Positions 1 to 7,259 of a stretch of 35,579 nt of DNA are shown here, piece after piece (the first letter of the stretch is position 1; each line of letters begins with the position of its first letter). This stretch comes from Dehalococcoidales bacterium (GTDB lineage: Bacteria > Chloroflexota > Dehalococcoidia > Dehalococcoidales > Fen-1064). The position numbers were made by a program, and so were the translations under genes. The notes below the pieces were generated by a model. It had not been told where the DNA came from and did not search any database. It worked only from the letters and a program-made list of their open reading frames with translations. Where the stretch lies: the NCBI GenBank assembly GCA_016929875.1, contig JAFGHZ010000053.1, forward strand, positions 1-35,579, given 5' to 3'.

Positions 1-1274
1 CCGGCGATGAGCAGGTGAGGCATTTTGGAAAGGTCGGCGGCACCGGCTTCACCGCCGGCGCCTTTACCCAGCGCGATGGATAATTTGGATTTGGAGGCAA
101 TCTTCTGGAAAACAGTGGTTTCAATGACGCCGCGCAGGCTGACGGCACTGGATACCGTATTCGGCACTTCGATGCCGACGATGGCTTTTCCCGGGACCGG
201 CGCCTCGATGCGGATGCTGGATGCCGCCAATGCCAATGCTAAATCGTTGGCAAGCGATGTGATCTTATCTACCTTAACTCTGGTGCGGGAGACCTCTTCC
301 AATCTGGTCTGAATCGCGCCGTCTTTGTCCTTTTCTTTGACCTCTCTTGTCTTGATGTCCCATCCCGGCTCGACTCCAAACTGGGTCACGGTGGGGCCGG
401 CATTAATCTGAATGACCTTTGCCTCCACGCCATAGCTTTTAAGAGCCTCCTCGATTCGCTTCGCTCTCTGCATGTTGTCAGCCTGACCTATCTCGACTTC
501 GGAGGTATCGTCCAGGATATCGATTGGCGGTAATCGCCAGCCATCGACTTCCCTGGCGGAGGCAGACTGGCCGTATTTCTTCCAGACGTCCTGAGCTATC
601 TGTCGCAGGCCTTTTTGTGCCGGGGCGGCTGCAGTTTCCTTCTCTTTTGCCGGAGCCTTAGTTTCTTTGGGAGTCGGTGTTTCAGTCACCATCGGACCGG
701 TGCCATCGGGGGTTTCTTTAAAGGGCATAGAGAGCTTTTTGTAAACGATGGGTTTCATTGTGGCCCTCTGAAGTCTCCGATTTCGTGCATTCGCAATAGT
801 TCTCGTGAGCCATTTCACAACCCACTTCACGAAGTAAATGAGTAATTGCGGTGCCACCAGAAGCAGACTTGCCAGCAGGATGCCGAAGATTCTCAGCGCT
901 CCCGGGAAATTCTGGTCGCCGATGATACCGAGACCGAAAGAACCACCCAGGCTGAGGAATGCCAGGATTCCCCAGGCGCCGAAGATAAGAGCGATGACGC
1001 CCAGACATTTCATCCAGCTCCTGAGAAGCGAAGTGGTTTTTCTGCGCCATATCAGGATGACGAGTGCCAGTATTGCCAGCGCGATTAAAAGTATGCCCCA
1101 GCCGATGACGTCCCAGATGTTAGACCAGACATCGGAAAGCCAGTCGCCGACTTCTCCCCACGGCGCAATACTGGCTGCAATTGCTGCCAGTATCACCAGG
1201 ACGCCGTAAAACAGCCAGTCCCAGTGTAGCATCCACCTGCCTTTCCCTGCTGACCCCTTACTCTTTTTCGGCAT
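1..1274 (-). CDS. ftsK: DNA translocase FtsK/SpoIIIE, N-terminal ~424 codons (gene continues beyond the left window edge)
   Basis: Absent from the ORF track because it has no stop in the window. My reverse-strand translation from the ATG at 1274-1272 reads MPKKSKGSAGKGRWMLHWDWLFYGVLVILAAIAAS... It has about 4 hydrophobic TM segments and a charged linker. It then reads ...SSIRIEAPVPGKAIVGIEVPN...LSIALGKGAGGEAGAADLSKMPHLLIAG at position 1, the conserved FtsK segment just before the Walker A loop. The plus-strand ORFs listed in 25-1209 are antisense artefacts. Confidence 0.85.
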   Translation of the reverse strand, partial: MPKKSKGSAGKGRWMLHWDWLFYGVLVILAAIAASIAPWGEVGDWLSDVWSNIWDVIGWGILLIALAILALVILIWRRKTTSLLRSWMKCLGVIALIFGAWGILAFLSLGGSFGLGIIGDQNFPGALRIFGILLASLLLVAPQLLIYFVKWVVKWLTRTIANARNRRLQRATMKPIVYKKLSMPFKETPDGTGPMVTETPTPKETKAPAKEKETAAAPAQKGLRQIAQDVWKKYGQSASAREVDGWRLPPIDILDDTSEVEIGQADNMQRAKRIEEALKSYGVEAKVIQINAGPTVTQFGVEPGWDIKTREVKEKDKDGAIQTRLEEVSRTRVKVDKITSLANDLALALAASSIRIEAPVPGKAIVGIEVPNTVSSAVSLRGVIETTVFQKIASKSKLSIALGKGAGGEAGAADLSKMPHLLIA

Positions 1275-1297
1275 ATTTATTACCTGAGTGTACTATA

Positions 1298-2956
1298 CTA
1301 TACTTTCACCATAAATGGTAGAATCATCGGGTGTCTTTTGGTCTGTTCGTAATAGAATTTATATAAAGTGTCCCTCACTTTAGCATTAACGAAACTCCAT
1401 TCCGCCGGGCGTACGCCGCTGTGGTCCAGTACCTGCATGACCAATTCGCGGCTTTTTTCCAGCAGGTCGCTGGAGTCCTGCGGGTCAATGAACCCCCGTG
1501 AGACGATATCCGGTTTGCCTACCAGTTTACCGGTTTGCCGATTGATGGCAATGATGACGATGACGATGCCGTCGCGTGCCAGCATCTGTCGGTCGCGCAA
1601 CACGACGTTATCGATATTACCCACACTGAGCCCATCGACATAGACATTGCTGGAAGGGATACGTCCGGTGATTTTAGCGTTGTTACTATCGAGTTCCAGT
1701 ACATCGCCGTCTTCCATCACGAAGGTATTATTTTTGGGAATACCGACTGATTGTGCGAGTTTAGCGTGCAGGCAGAGATGCCGGTACTCCCCGTGAATTG
1801 GCAGGAAGAATTTCGGTTTCACGATGTTGAGCAGGAGTTTCAGTTCTTCCTGACTGGCGTGCCCGTGGACGTGTACCGGCGCAATGTTGTTGTAAAGTAC
1901 CTGAGCGCCCTGTTTGAAAAGGTTATCGATTGTTCGCGCTACCACGGCTTCGTTGCCCGGGATGGGCGTAGCCGATATTACCACTGTATCTCCGGGTATG
2001 ACCTGCAGGTGGCGATGGTCTCGATTCGCCATGCGTACCAGCGCCGAGGTCGGTTCTCCCTGAGTCCCGGTGGTGACGAAAACAATACGGTCGTGCGGTA
2101 TTTTTTTCATCTCCTCAATTCGTACCAGTGTTTTAGGCGAGGCTTTGAGATAACCCAGATCGAGCGCCATGCGGACGATTTCAACCATGTTATGGCCTAC
2201 GACGCAGACACGCCGGCTGTGTTTCTCCGCCGCATCAATTATCTGCTGGACCCTTGAAATCAAGGATGAGAAGGTGGCGATAATCACTCTACCGGGGGCT
2301 TCTGCTATGACGCGGTCAAAGGTTTCTCCGACAGCACGTTCCGAGGGCGTGTATCCCGGAAGTTCCGCATAGGTGGAATCGGACAGTAAAAGCAGGACCC
2401 CCTGCCTGCTGACCTGTGCCAGACGAGACAGATCGGTGGGCTTACCTCCTATCGGCGTGTAGTCGACTTTGAAATCGCCGCTGTGAACGATAGTTCCGAC
2501 GGGCGTGTTAATGATGAAACCAGCCGCGTCCGGAATACTGTGGCAGACGGGCAAGAATTCCACCCTGAATTTACCCAGCGTAACCTTACCGCCGGTGGGT
2601 ACTACTCTGAGGTCGGCTGACGCCAGTGCCTTCTGCTCTTTCAGCTTGACCGATATCAAGCCGTTGGTCAATTTCGTAGAATAAACAGGAACATTGAGTT
2701 GGGGCAAGATATAGGGTATTGCCCCGATGTGGTCTTCATGACCGTGTGTGATGATGATACCTCTTATCTTATCTTTCTTGTCCTGAAGGTAAGAGATATC
2801 GGGGATGACGAGATCGATTCCCATCATTTCTTCCTCGGGGAACATCAAGCCGACATCGATGATAATGATGTCGTTTTCATATTCCAACACCATCATATTC
2901 TTGCCGATTTCGCTCAGCCCGCCGAGAGGAATAATTTTTAGTTTAGATTTTGTCAA
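1298..2956 (-). CDS. rnj: Ribonuclease J (metallo-beta-lactamase / beta-CASP RNase)
   Basis: 552 aa. The N-terminus KIIPLGGLSEIGKNMMVLEY, the HxHxDH motif (IITHGHEDHIGAIPY) and overall length and layout are typical of RNase J. It lies 23 nt upstream of ftsK on the same strand. Confidence 0.93.
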   Translation of the reverse strand: MTKSKLKIIPLGGLSEIGKNMMVLEYENDIIIIDVGLMFPEEEMMGIDLVIPDISYLQDKKDKIRGIIITHGHEDHIGAIPYILPQLNVPVYSTKLTNGLISVKLKEQKALASADLRVVPTGGKVTLGKFRVEFLPVCHSIPDAAGFIINTPVGTIVHSGDFKVDYTPIGGKPTDLSRLAQVSRQGVLLLLSDSTYAELPGYTPSERAVGETFDRVIAEAPGRVIIATFSSLISRVQQIIDAAEKHSRRVCVVGHNMVEIVRMALDLGYLKASPKTLVRIEEMKKIPHDRIVFVTTGTQGEPTSALVRMANRDHRHLQVIPGDTVVISATPIPGNEAVVARTIDNLFKQGAQVLYNNIAPVHVHGHASQEELKLLLNIVKPKFFLPIHGEYRHLCLHAKLAQSVGIPKNNTFVMEDGDVLELDSNNAKITGRIPSSNVYVDGLSVGNIDNVVLRDRQMLARDGIVIVIIAINRQTGKLVGKPDIVSRGFIDPQDSSDLLEKSRELVMQVLDHSGVRPAEWSFVNAKVRDTLYKFYYEQTKRHPMILPFMVKV

Positions 2957-2965
2957 TTTTGTATC

Positions 2966-3232
2966 CTATGAATTTATTGTTTGTGTTTCGTAGCCGACAG
3001 CCGTGCCGTCGGTTGCAGATATTTGAATTTTAAACGGTAGTTCGGTCTTTTTACCGATGAACCATGCTCCAATCATAGCGGTTCCTGCCACGTCATAGAT
3101 GAGGATCCCTTCGATGGAGGCAAGTCTGACCTTATCCACGGAAATCTTTTTAATGCCTTTCAGCCGCTCTTCCAGAAAGCGTTCTGCCGCTATCTGTGCC
3201 TGGTCGAGAGAAATCAGTCCTCTATCTGGCAT
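2966..3232 (-). CDS. Small hypothetical protein (88 aa), faintly PepSY-like
   Basis: Tightly packed between UDG and rnj on the same strand, with a 9-nt gap to rnj. No motif I can name with certainty. Confidence 0.5.
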   Translation of the reverse strand: MPDRGLISLDQAQIAAERFLEERLKGIKKISVDKVRLASIEGILIYDVAGTAMIGAWFIGKKTELPFKIQISATDGTAVGYETQTINS

Positions 3233-3255
3233 TCGTGCCTCCGGTTCTGAAGTTG

Positions 3256-3876
3256 CTAAAACATGCTCAACTGTTGCGGTTGCGAATCCGATTCTGTAGC
3301 GGTCTCCTCGCTTGTTTCTGTCTGTGTCTGTGCCTGTGTCAATAACGACGGAAGTTTCAGCATATCCTGCTCGATGACCTGTCGCAAGTTACCCTGATGG
3401 AGCGCTGCCGCAGGATGGTACATCGCGAAATAGATAATCCCGTTCTGCTTTTGGACGGTGCCGTGGATTTTACTGATGCTTTTACCCGGGAAGAACCTCG
3501 CCATCGAATAACGGCCCAGCGTGACGATTATTTTCGGGGAGATTATCTCGATTTGTTTGTCGAGCCACTTCTGGCAGTTGGCGATTTCAATAGGCAAAGG
3601 CTCCCGGTTATCCGGCGGCCGGCACTTGATAACGTTGGCGATGTAAACCTGTTGGCGTTTGAGATTTATGGAAGAGAGCAAGCTATCCAGAAATTGACCT
3701 GCGGGACCGACGAAAGGACGACCCTGCTGGTCTTCATGCCAGCCCGGGGCTTCACCAATGAAGAGTATTTCGGCGTTCTCAGCACCCTCGCCGGGGACTA
3801 CCCTGGTCCGGGCCCTAGCAATTTCACACTGCCGACAGAGGGAAATTTCCTGATAAAGGTCAGTCAGTGCTGACAT
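3256..3876 (-). CDS. Uracil-DNA glycosylase, family 4 (Fe-S type)
   Basis: 206 aa. It carries CRQCEI...VVPGEG, GEAPGWHEDQQGRPFVGPAGQFL and a C-terminal YHPAAALH, the signature blocks of family-4 UDG. Confidence 0.9.
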   Translation of the reverse strand: MSALTDLYQEISLCRQCEIARARTRVVPGEGAENAEILFIGEAPGWHEDQQGRPFVGPAGQFLDSLLSSINLKRQQVYIANVIKCRPPDNREPLPIEIANCQKWLDKQIEIISPKIIVTLGRYSMARFFPGKSISKIHGTVQKQNGIIYFAMYHPAAALHQGNLRQVIEQDMLKLPSLLTQAQTQTETSEETATESDSQPQQLSMF

Positions 3877-3943
3877 CTTATCTTGACGACCTGCATTCCA
3901 AATTTTGACATTGATTCCTGATTACTTGATTATGATAACACGG

Positions 3944-4110
3944 GAGTGAAATCAAGTCAATTGGAGGCAACTATTCAATTTCCATATTGTTGCGATATAG
4001 AAAAATGCAATGTGAAAAGTACACGACGACCCACTCCTGACCTCGCCCTATCAGGGCGAGGGAATACTACATATTAAGAAGAGGCTCAACGCCCCTCTTA
4101 AACTCCCTTT
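3944..4110. repeat. Intergenic hairpin-rich repeat, family A, degenerate copy 1
   Basis: Starts with the 19-nt string gagtgaaatcaagtcaatt (3944-3962), which recurs exactly at 4147-4165. It contains gacccac (4028-4034) followed by a perfect 9-bp hairpin cctcgccct/agggcgagg (4041-4061) and a second hairpin aagagg/cctctt (about 4078-4099). Confidence 0.55.
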
Positions 4111-4146
4111 CCTAACCGATGGGAAATATAAGGAAAAGATGCAGGA

Positions 4147-4333
4147 GAGTGAAATCAAGTCAATTCAAATGATAAAACGGCACTGTTTGCATTTAGTTGA
4201 AGTTTATTATAACTACGCAGGATTATATTACACAACCCTTTCGACTTTCGCTCAGGGCAAGTGACCCACATCCCTTCGTCCCGATTCTATCGGGACGAAG
4301 GGCAGGCCTTCATACCCGCCCTGTTAGGGCGGG
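4147..4333. repeat. Intergenic hairpin-rich repeat, family A, copy 2
   Basis: The conserved block 4188-4269 (tgcatttagttgaag...ctcagggcaagtgacccac) is about 88% identical to 5810-5890. It is followed by a perfect 12-bp hairpin cccttcgtcccg/cgggacgaaggg (4272-4302) and a 7-bp hairpin cccgccc/gggcggg (4315-4333). Confidence 0.7.
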
Positions 4334-4481
4334 GAATAATCACGGTAGGGAGGAGATATGTTGATTGGCGGGTTTCACCCACCCTACATGAATAGACTGA
4401 GCAGAACCGAAGATAAAAGTGAATTGACCGTAATCCCTTTACTCTGATAGACTTCATTTGTAAGGTGTAAGGGGGAAAGAT

Positions 4482-5726
4482 ATGAGTTCTTTGCGACAAA
4501 CCGACCTTGAAATTTATAGTGCTATCGAGGCAGAGAGAAAACGCCAACAATCCACTATCAATCTGATTGCCTCGGAGAATTATGCCAGTCATGCCGTGCT
4601 GGAAGTTCTCGGTTCTTTTCTGACGGATAAATATGCCGAAGGTTATCCGCAGCATCGGCACTACGGCGGTTGCGAGAACGTGGACGTGATTGAGACGCTG
4701 GCGATAGAACGCGCTAAAAAGCTTTTTAAAGCCGAACATGCCAATGTACAGCCTCATGCCGGGGCACAGGCGAATATGGCGGTATATCTCGCCATGCTGC
4801 AACCCGGGGATACGATTATGGGCATGAGATTAATACATGGCGGGCATATGACCCATGGGGACACGATCAGTTTTTCCGGAAAGAATTATAAGGTTGTGCA
4901 ATACGGGGTCGATAAAGAAACAGAGCGTATCGATTACAAGGAAGTGGAACGATTGGCCCTGGAGAACAAGCCGAAGCTTATTATCGTCGGGGCCAGTTCT
5001 TATACCAGGATTATAGATTTCGAGCGTTTCCGCCAGATTGCGGACATGGTCGGGGCAAAATTGATGGTAGATATGGCGCATATCGCCGGCTTGATTGCGG
5101 TCGGTTTACATCCGACACCGGTACCTTATGCTGAAATCGTAACCTCCACCACCCATAAGACTTTAAGAGGGCCGCGGGGTGCTTTCATTTTGTGCCGCCA
5201 GGAATATGCACAGATGATCGATAGGGCCGTTTTCCCGCAGATGCAGGGCGGCCCCCTGGTACATGCCATCGCGGCAAGAGCAGTAGCTTTTCAAGAAGCT
5301 TTACAGCCGTCTTTCTATGATTACCAGAAGAATATCCTGGATAATGCTCAGGTGCTCGCAGGAGAATTAAGTCGTCTCGGTTTGCGGCTCGTTTCGGGTG
5401 GAACGGACAATCACATTGTTATGGTCGACCTGACGCCGATCGGAATATCCGGGAAGAAAGCCCAGGAAGCACTTGAACGTGTGGGTATCGTGGTCAACAG
5501 GAATTCCATCCCGTTCGACACCCGTTCCAACTGGGTAACCAGCGGAATCAGACTGGGTACACCGGCAATGACCACGCGCGGTTTCACAACGACGGAGATG
5601 AAACTCTGTGCCAACTTGATTTTCAAGGTATTAACACATATAGGCGATACCGCTGTCGAGGACCAAGCAAGAGACGAAGTACAACAGTGGTGCCATAAAT
5701 TCCCTATCCCTGGGATAGACGATTAG
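4482..5726 (+). CDS. glyA: Serine hydroxymethyltransferase
   Basis: 414 aa. LIASENY, YAEGYP, the PLP-lysine block TSTTHKTLRGPRG and full-length collinearity with SHMT. SD gggggaaag lies upstream of the ATG. Confidence 0.97.
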   Translation: MSSLRQTDLEIYSAIEAERKRQQSTINLIASENYASHAVLEVLGSFLTDKYAEGYPQHRHYGGCENVDVIETLAIERAKKLFKAEHANVQPHAGAQANMAVYLAMLQPGDTIMGMRLIHGGHMTHGDTISFSGKNYKVVQYGVDKETERIDYKEVERLALENKPKLIIVGASSYTRIIDFERFRQIADMVGAKLMVDMAHIAGLIAVGLHPTPVPYAEIVTSTTHKTLRGPRGAFILCRQEYAQMIDRAVFPQMQGGPLVHAIAARAVAFQEALQPSFYDYQKNILDNAQVLAGELSRLGLRLVSGGTDNHIVMVDLTPIGISGKKAQEALERVGIVVNRNSIPFDTRSNWVTSGIRLGTPAMTTRGFTTTEMKLCANLIFKVLTHIGDTAVEDQARDEVQQWCHKFPIPGIDD

Positions 5727-5754
5727 CGGTTTTATGAATTGCTGTGTGATTAGA

Positions 5755-5786
5755 CTGGCTGGGACTGAAAAACCAGCCAGTTTTTA
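5755..5786 (+). terminator. Intrinsic terminator of glyA
   Basis: 8-bp stem ctggctgg (5755-5762) / ccagccag (5773-5780) followed by ttttt, 29 nt after the glyA stop. Confidence 0.75.
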
Positions 5787-5809
5787 TTATGCCCGGGAGA
5801 AGTACTAAT

Positions 5810-5956
5810 TGCATTTGGTTGAGGTTTCTCATAACTACGTGGGTTTATATTACACAACCCTTTCGACTGTGCTCAGGGCAAGCGACCCACCTCTATCTCT
5901 CCTCCCTGAGAGGGAGGAGAGATAATAACGAGAGGGAGGGCATTCGCCCTCCCTCT
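5810..5956. repeat. Intergenic hairpin-rich repeat, family A, copy 3
   Basis: The conserved block 5810-5890 matches 4188-4269. It is followed by a perfect 14-bp hairpin tatctctcctccct/agggaggagagata (5894-5924, 3-nt loop) and a perfect 10-bp hairpin agagggaggg/ccctccctct (5931-5956). Confidence 0.7.
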
Positions 5957-6097
5957 TCTAGAGTTTCTACCCAGTCCCGTCGGATTTAGTAATTCCCGAA
6001 CAATAAACAACCAAAATCGAGCAGAACTGGGGGTGAGGTTGTTTTCCGATGGTGGTATAATGTAAGAGCCTGAGATAGCGCCGATTGAAGGAGTATT

Positions 6098-7042
6098 ATG
6101 GACGATCTGAAGATATTTACGGGCAATGCTCACCCTGCTCTGGCGAAAGAGATTTCCGATTACCTCGATATTCCGTTGGGGCATGCGGAGGTATTCGATT
6201 TCAGCAATGAAAACATCTTTGTCCGTATTATGGAAAATGTTCGCGAGAGGGATGTTTTCGTCGTTCAGTCGATATCGCGTCCGGTCAACAAAAGCCTGGT
6301 AGAGTTGTTGATTATGCTCGATGCCCTGAAACGGGCTTCTGCCAAGAGAATTACGGCGGTCACTCCTTACTATGCCTATGGGCGTACGGACAAGAAAGAC
6401 CAGCCCCGCGTCCCGATTACTGCCCGGTTGATTGCCGATCTGCTGACAGTGGCGGGTGCCAACCGTTTGCTGACAGTCGATTTGCACGCCGCCCAGATAC
6501 AGGGGTTCTTTAATATACCGGTGGACGAGTTGACGGCGCTGTATTTGCTCAGCGATTATTTCAAACGGAAAAAACTGGAAGACATGGTCGTGGTGGCTAC
6601 CGATATCGGTATTTCCAAGCGGGCGCGCGACTTTGCGGCAAGACTCAATGCCCCGCTCGCGATTATAGAGAAAAGGCGTCTCGGAAATGACGGCAAGACC
6701 GAGGTCTTGAATATCATCGGCGACGTCAAAGACAAAACTGCCATTGCTTTCGATGATGAAATCGATACCGCGGGCTCTATTGTGAACGCGCTTAATACGA
6801 TAAAAGAGGATGGTGCCAAAGAAGTGTATGCCTGTGCCATACATCCTGTTTTCTCCGGTAAAGCAATCGATCGCCTTGCCCAATGTCTGGTGAAAGAGGT
6901 GGTCGTAACGGACACCATCCCGGTCCCGCCTGAAAAGAAACTGGATAAAATCGTGGTTCTCCCGATAGCACCGTTACTGGGTGAAGCAATCCACCGCATT
7001 CATACCGGTCTGTCCGTAGGAGCGATGTTTGAGCCAGAGTAA
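6098..7042 (+). CDS. prs: Ribose-phosphate pyrophosphokinase (PRPP synthetase)
   Basis: 314 aa. KIFTGNAHPALAKEI, the DLHAAQIQGFF block and the PRPP loop AFDDEIDTAGS. The longer minus-strand ORF 5873-6883 is antisense to it. Confidence 0.95.
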   Translation: MDDLKIFTGNAHPALAKEISDYLDIPLGHAEVFDFSNENIFVRIMENVRERDVFVVQSISRPVNKSLVELLIMLDALKRASAKRITAVTPYYAYGRTDKKDQPRVPITARLIADLLTVAGANRLLTVDLHAAQIQGFFNIPVDELTALYLLSDYFKRKKLEDMVVVATDIGISKRARDFAARLNAPLAIIEKRRLGNDGKTEVLNIIGDVKDKTAIAFDDEIDTAGSIVNALNTIKEDGAKEVYACAIHPVFSGKAIDRLAQCLVKEVVVTDTIPVPPEKKLDKIVVLPIAPLLGEAIHRIHTGLSVGAMFEPE

Positions 7043-7259
7043 AGAACTGGTAGCAGTCTATATTGCAAGAGGGGAAACCGAGGCACAGGTAATCAAAGGT
7101 CTGCTGGAAAGCAACGGTATCTCCTGCTTATTGAAACCATCGTCTTCCCCATCTGTTTATGTTTTCACGGTGGACGGCCTGGGCGAAGTCAAAATTATGG
7201 TCCGGGAGGAGGACGCCGGGGAGGCGAGGGAGTTAATTAGAGGGGAAAAGCATGTTTAA
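7029..7259 (+). CDS. Small DUF2007-like protein (putative signal-transducing fold)
   Basis: 76 aa. VAVYIARGETEAQVIKGLLESNGISCLLK resembles DUF2007 as I remember it. It overlaps the prs stop by 14 nt and the secA start by 8 nt, suggesting translational coupling. Confidence 0.6.
   Translation: MSQSKELVAVYIARGETEAQVIKGLLESNGISCLLKPSSSPSVYVFTVDGLGEVKIMVREEDAGEARELIRGEKHV

Noticed and set aside
3940-4340. Possible CRISPR array because of repeated palindromic units
   Set aside because: The repeats are about 200 bp apart, not 28-37-nt direct repeats with uniform spacers. The hairpins differ between copies, and no cas genes or leader are present.
4330-4481. ZTP (pfl) or THF riboswitch upstream of glyA
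   Set aside because: ttgattggcgggtttcacccaccc vaguely recalls the ZTP GACUGGCG/GGUGG region. The obligatory 3' CCGCCUGGGC pseudoknot partner is absent and the helices do not fit by eye. This needs Infernal to be excluded formally.
4287-4802. 171-aa minus-strand ORF spanning the glyA start and the hairpin repeats
   Set aside because: Half of it is antisense to glyA and the rest reads through palindromic repeats. That produces open frames on both strands by construction.
5873-6883. 336-aa minus-strand ORF, longer than the prs ORF it overlaps
   Set aside because: It is antisense to a textbook PRPP synthetase and its 5' end runs into the family A hairpin repeats. The translation is low-complexity with no motif. 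It is a shadow ORF of a codon-biased gene.
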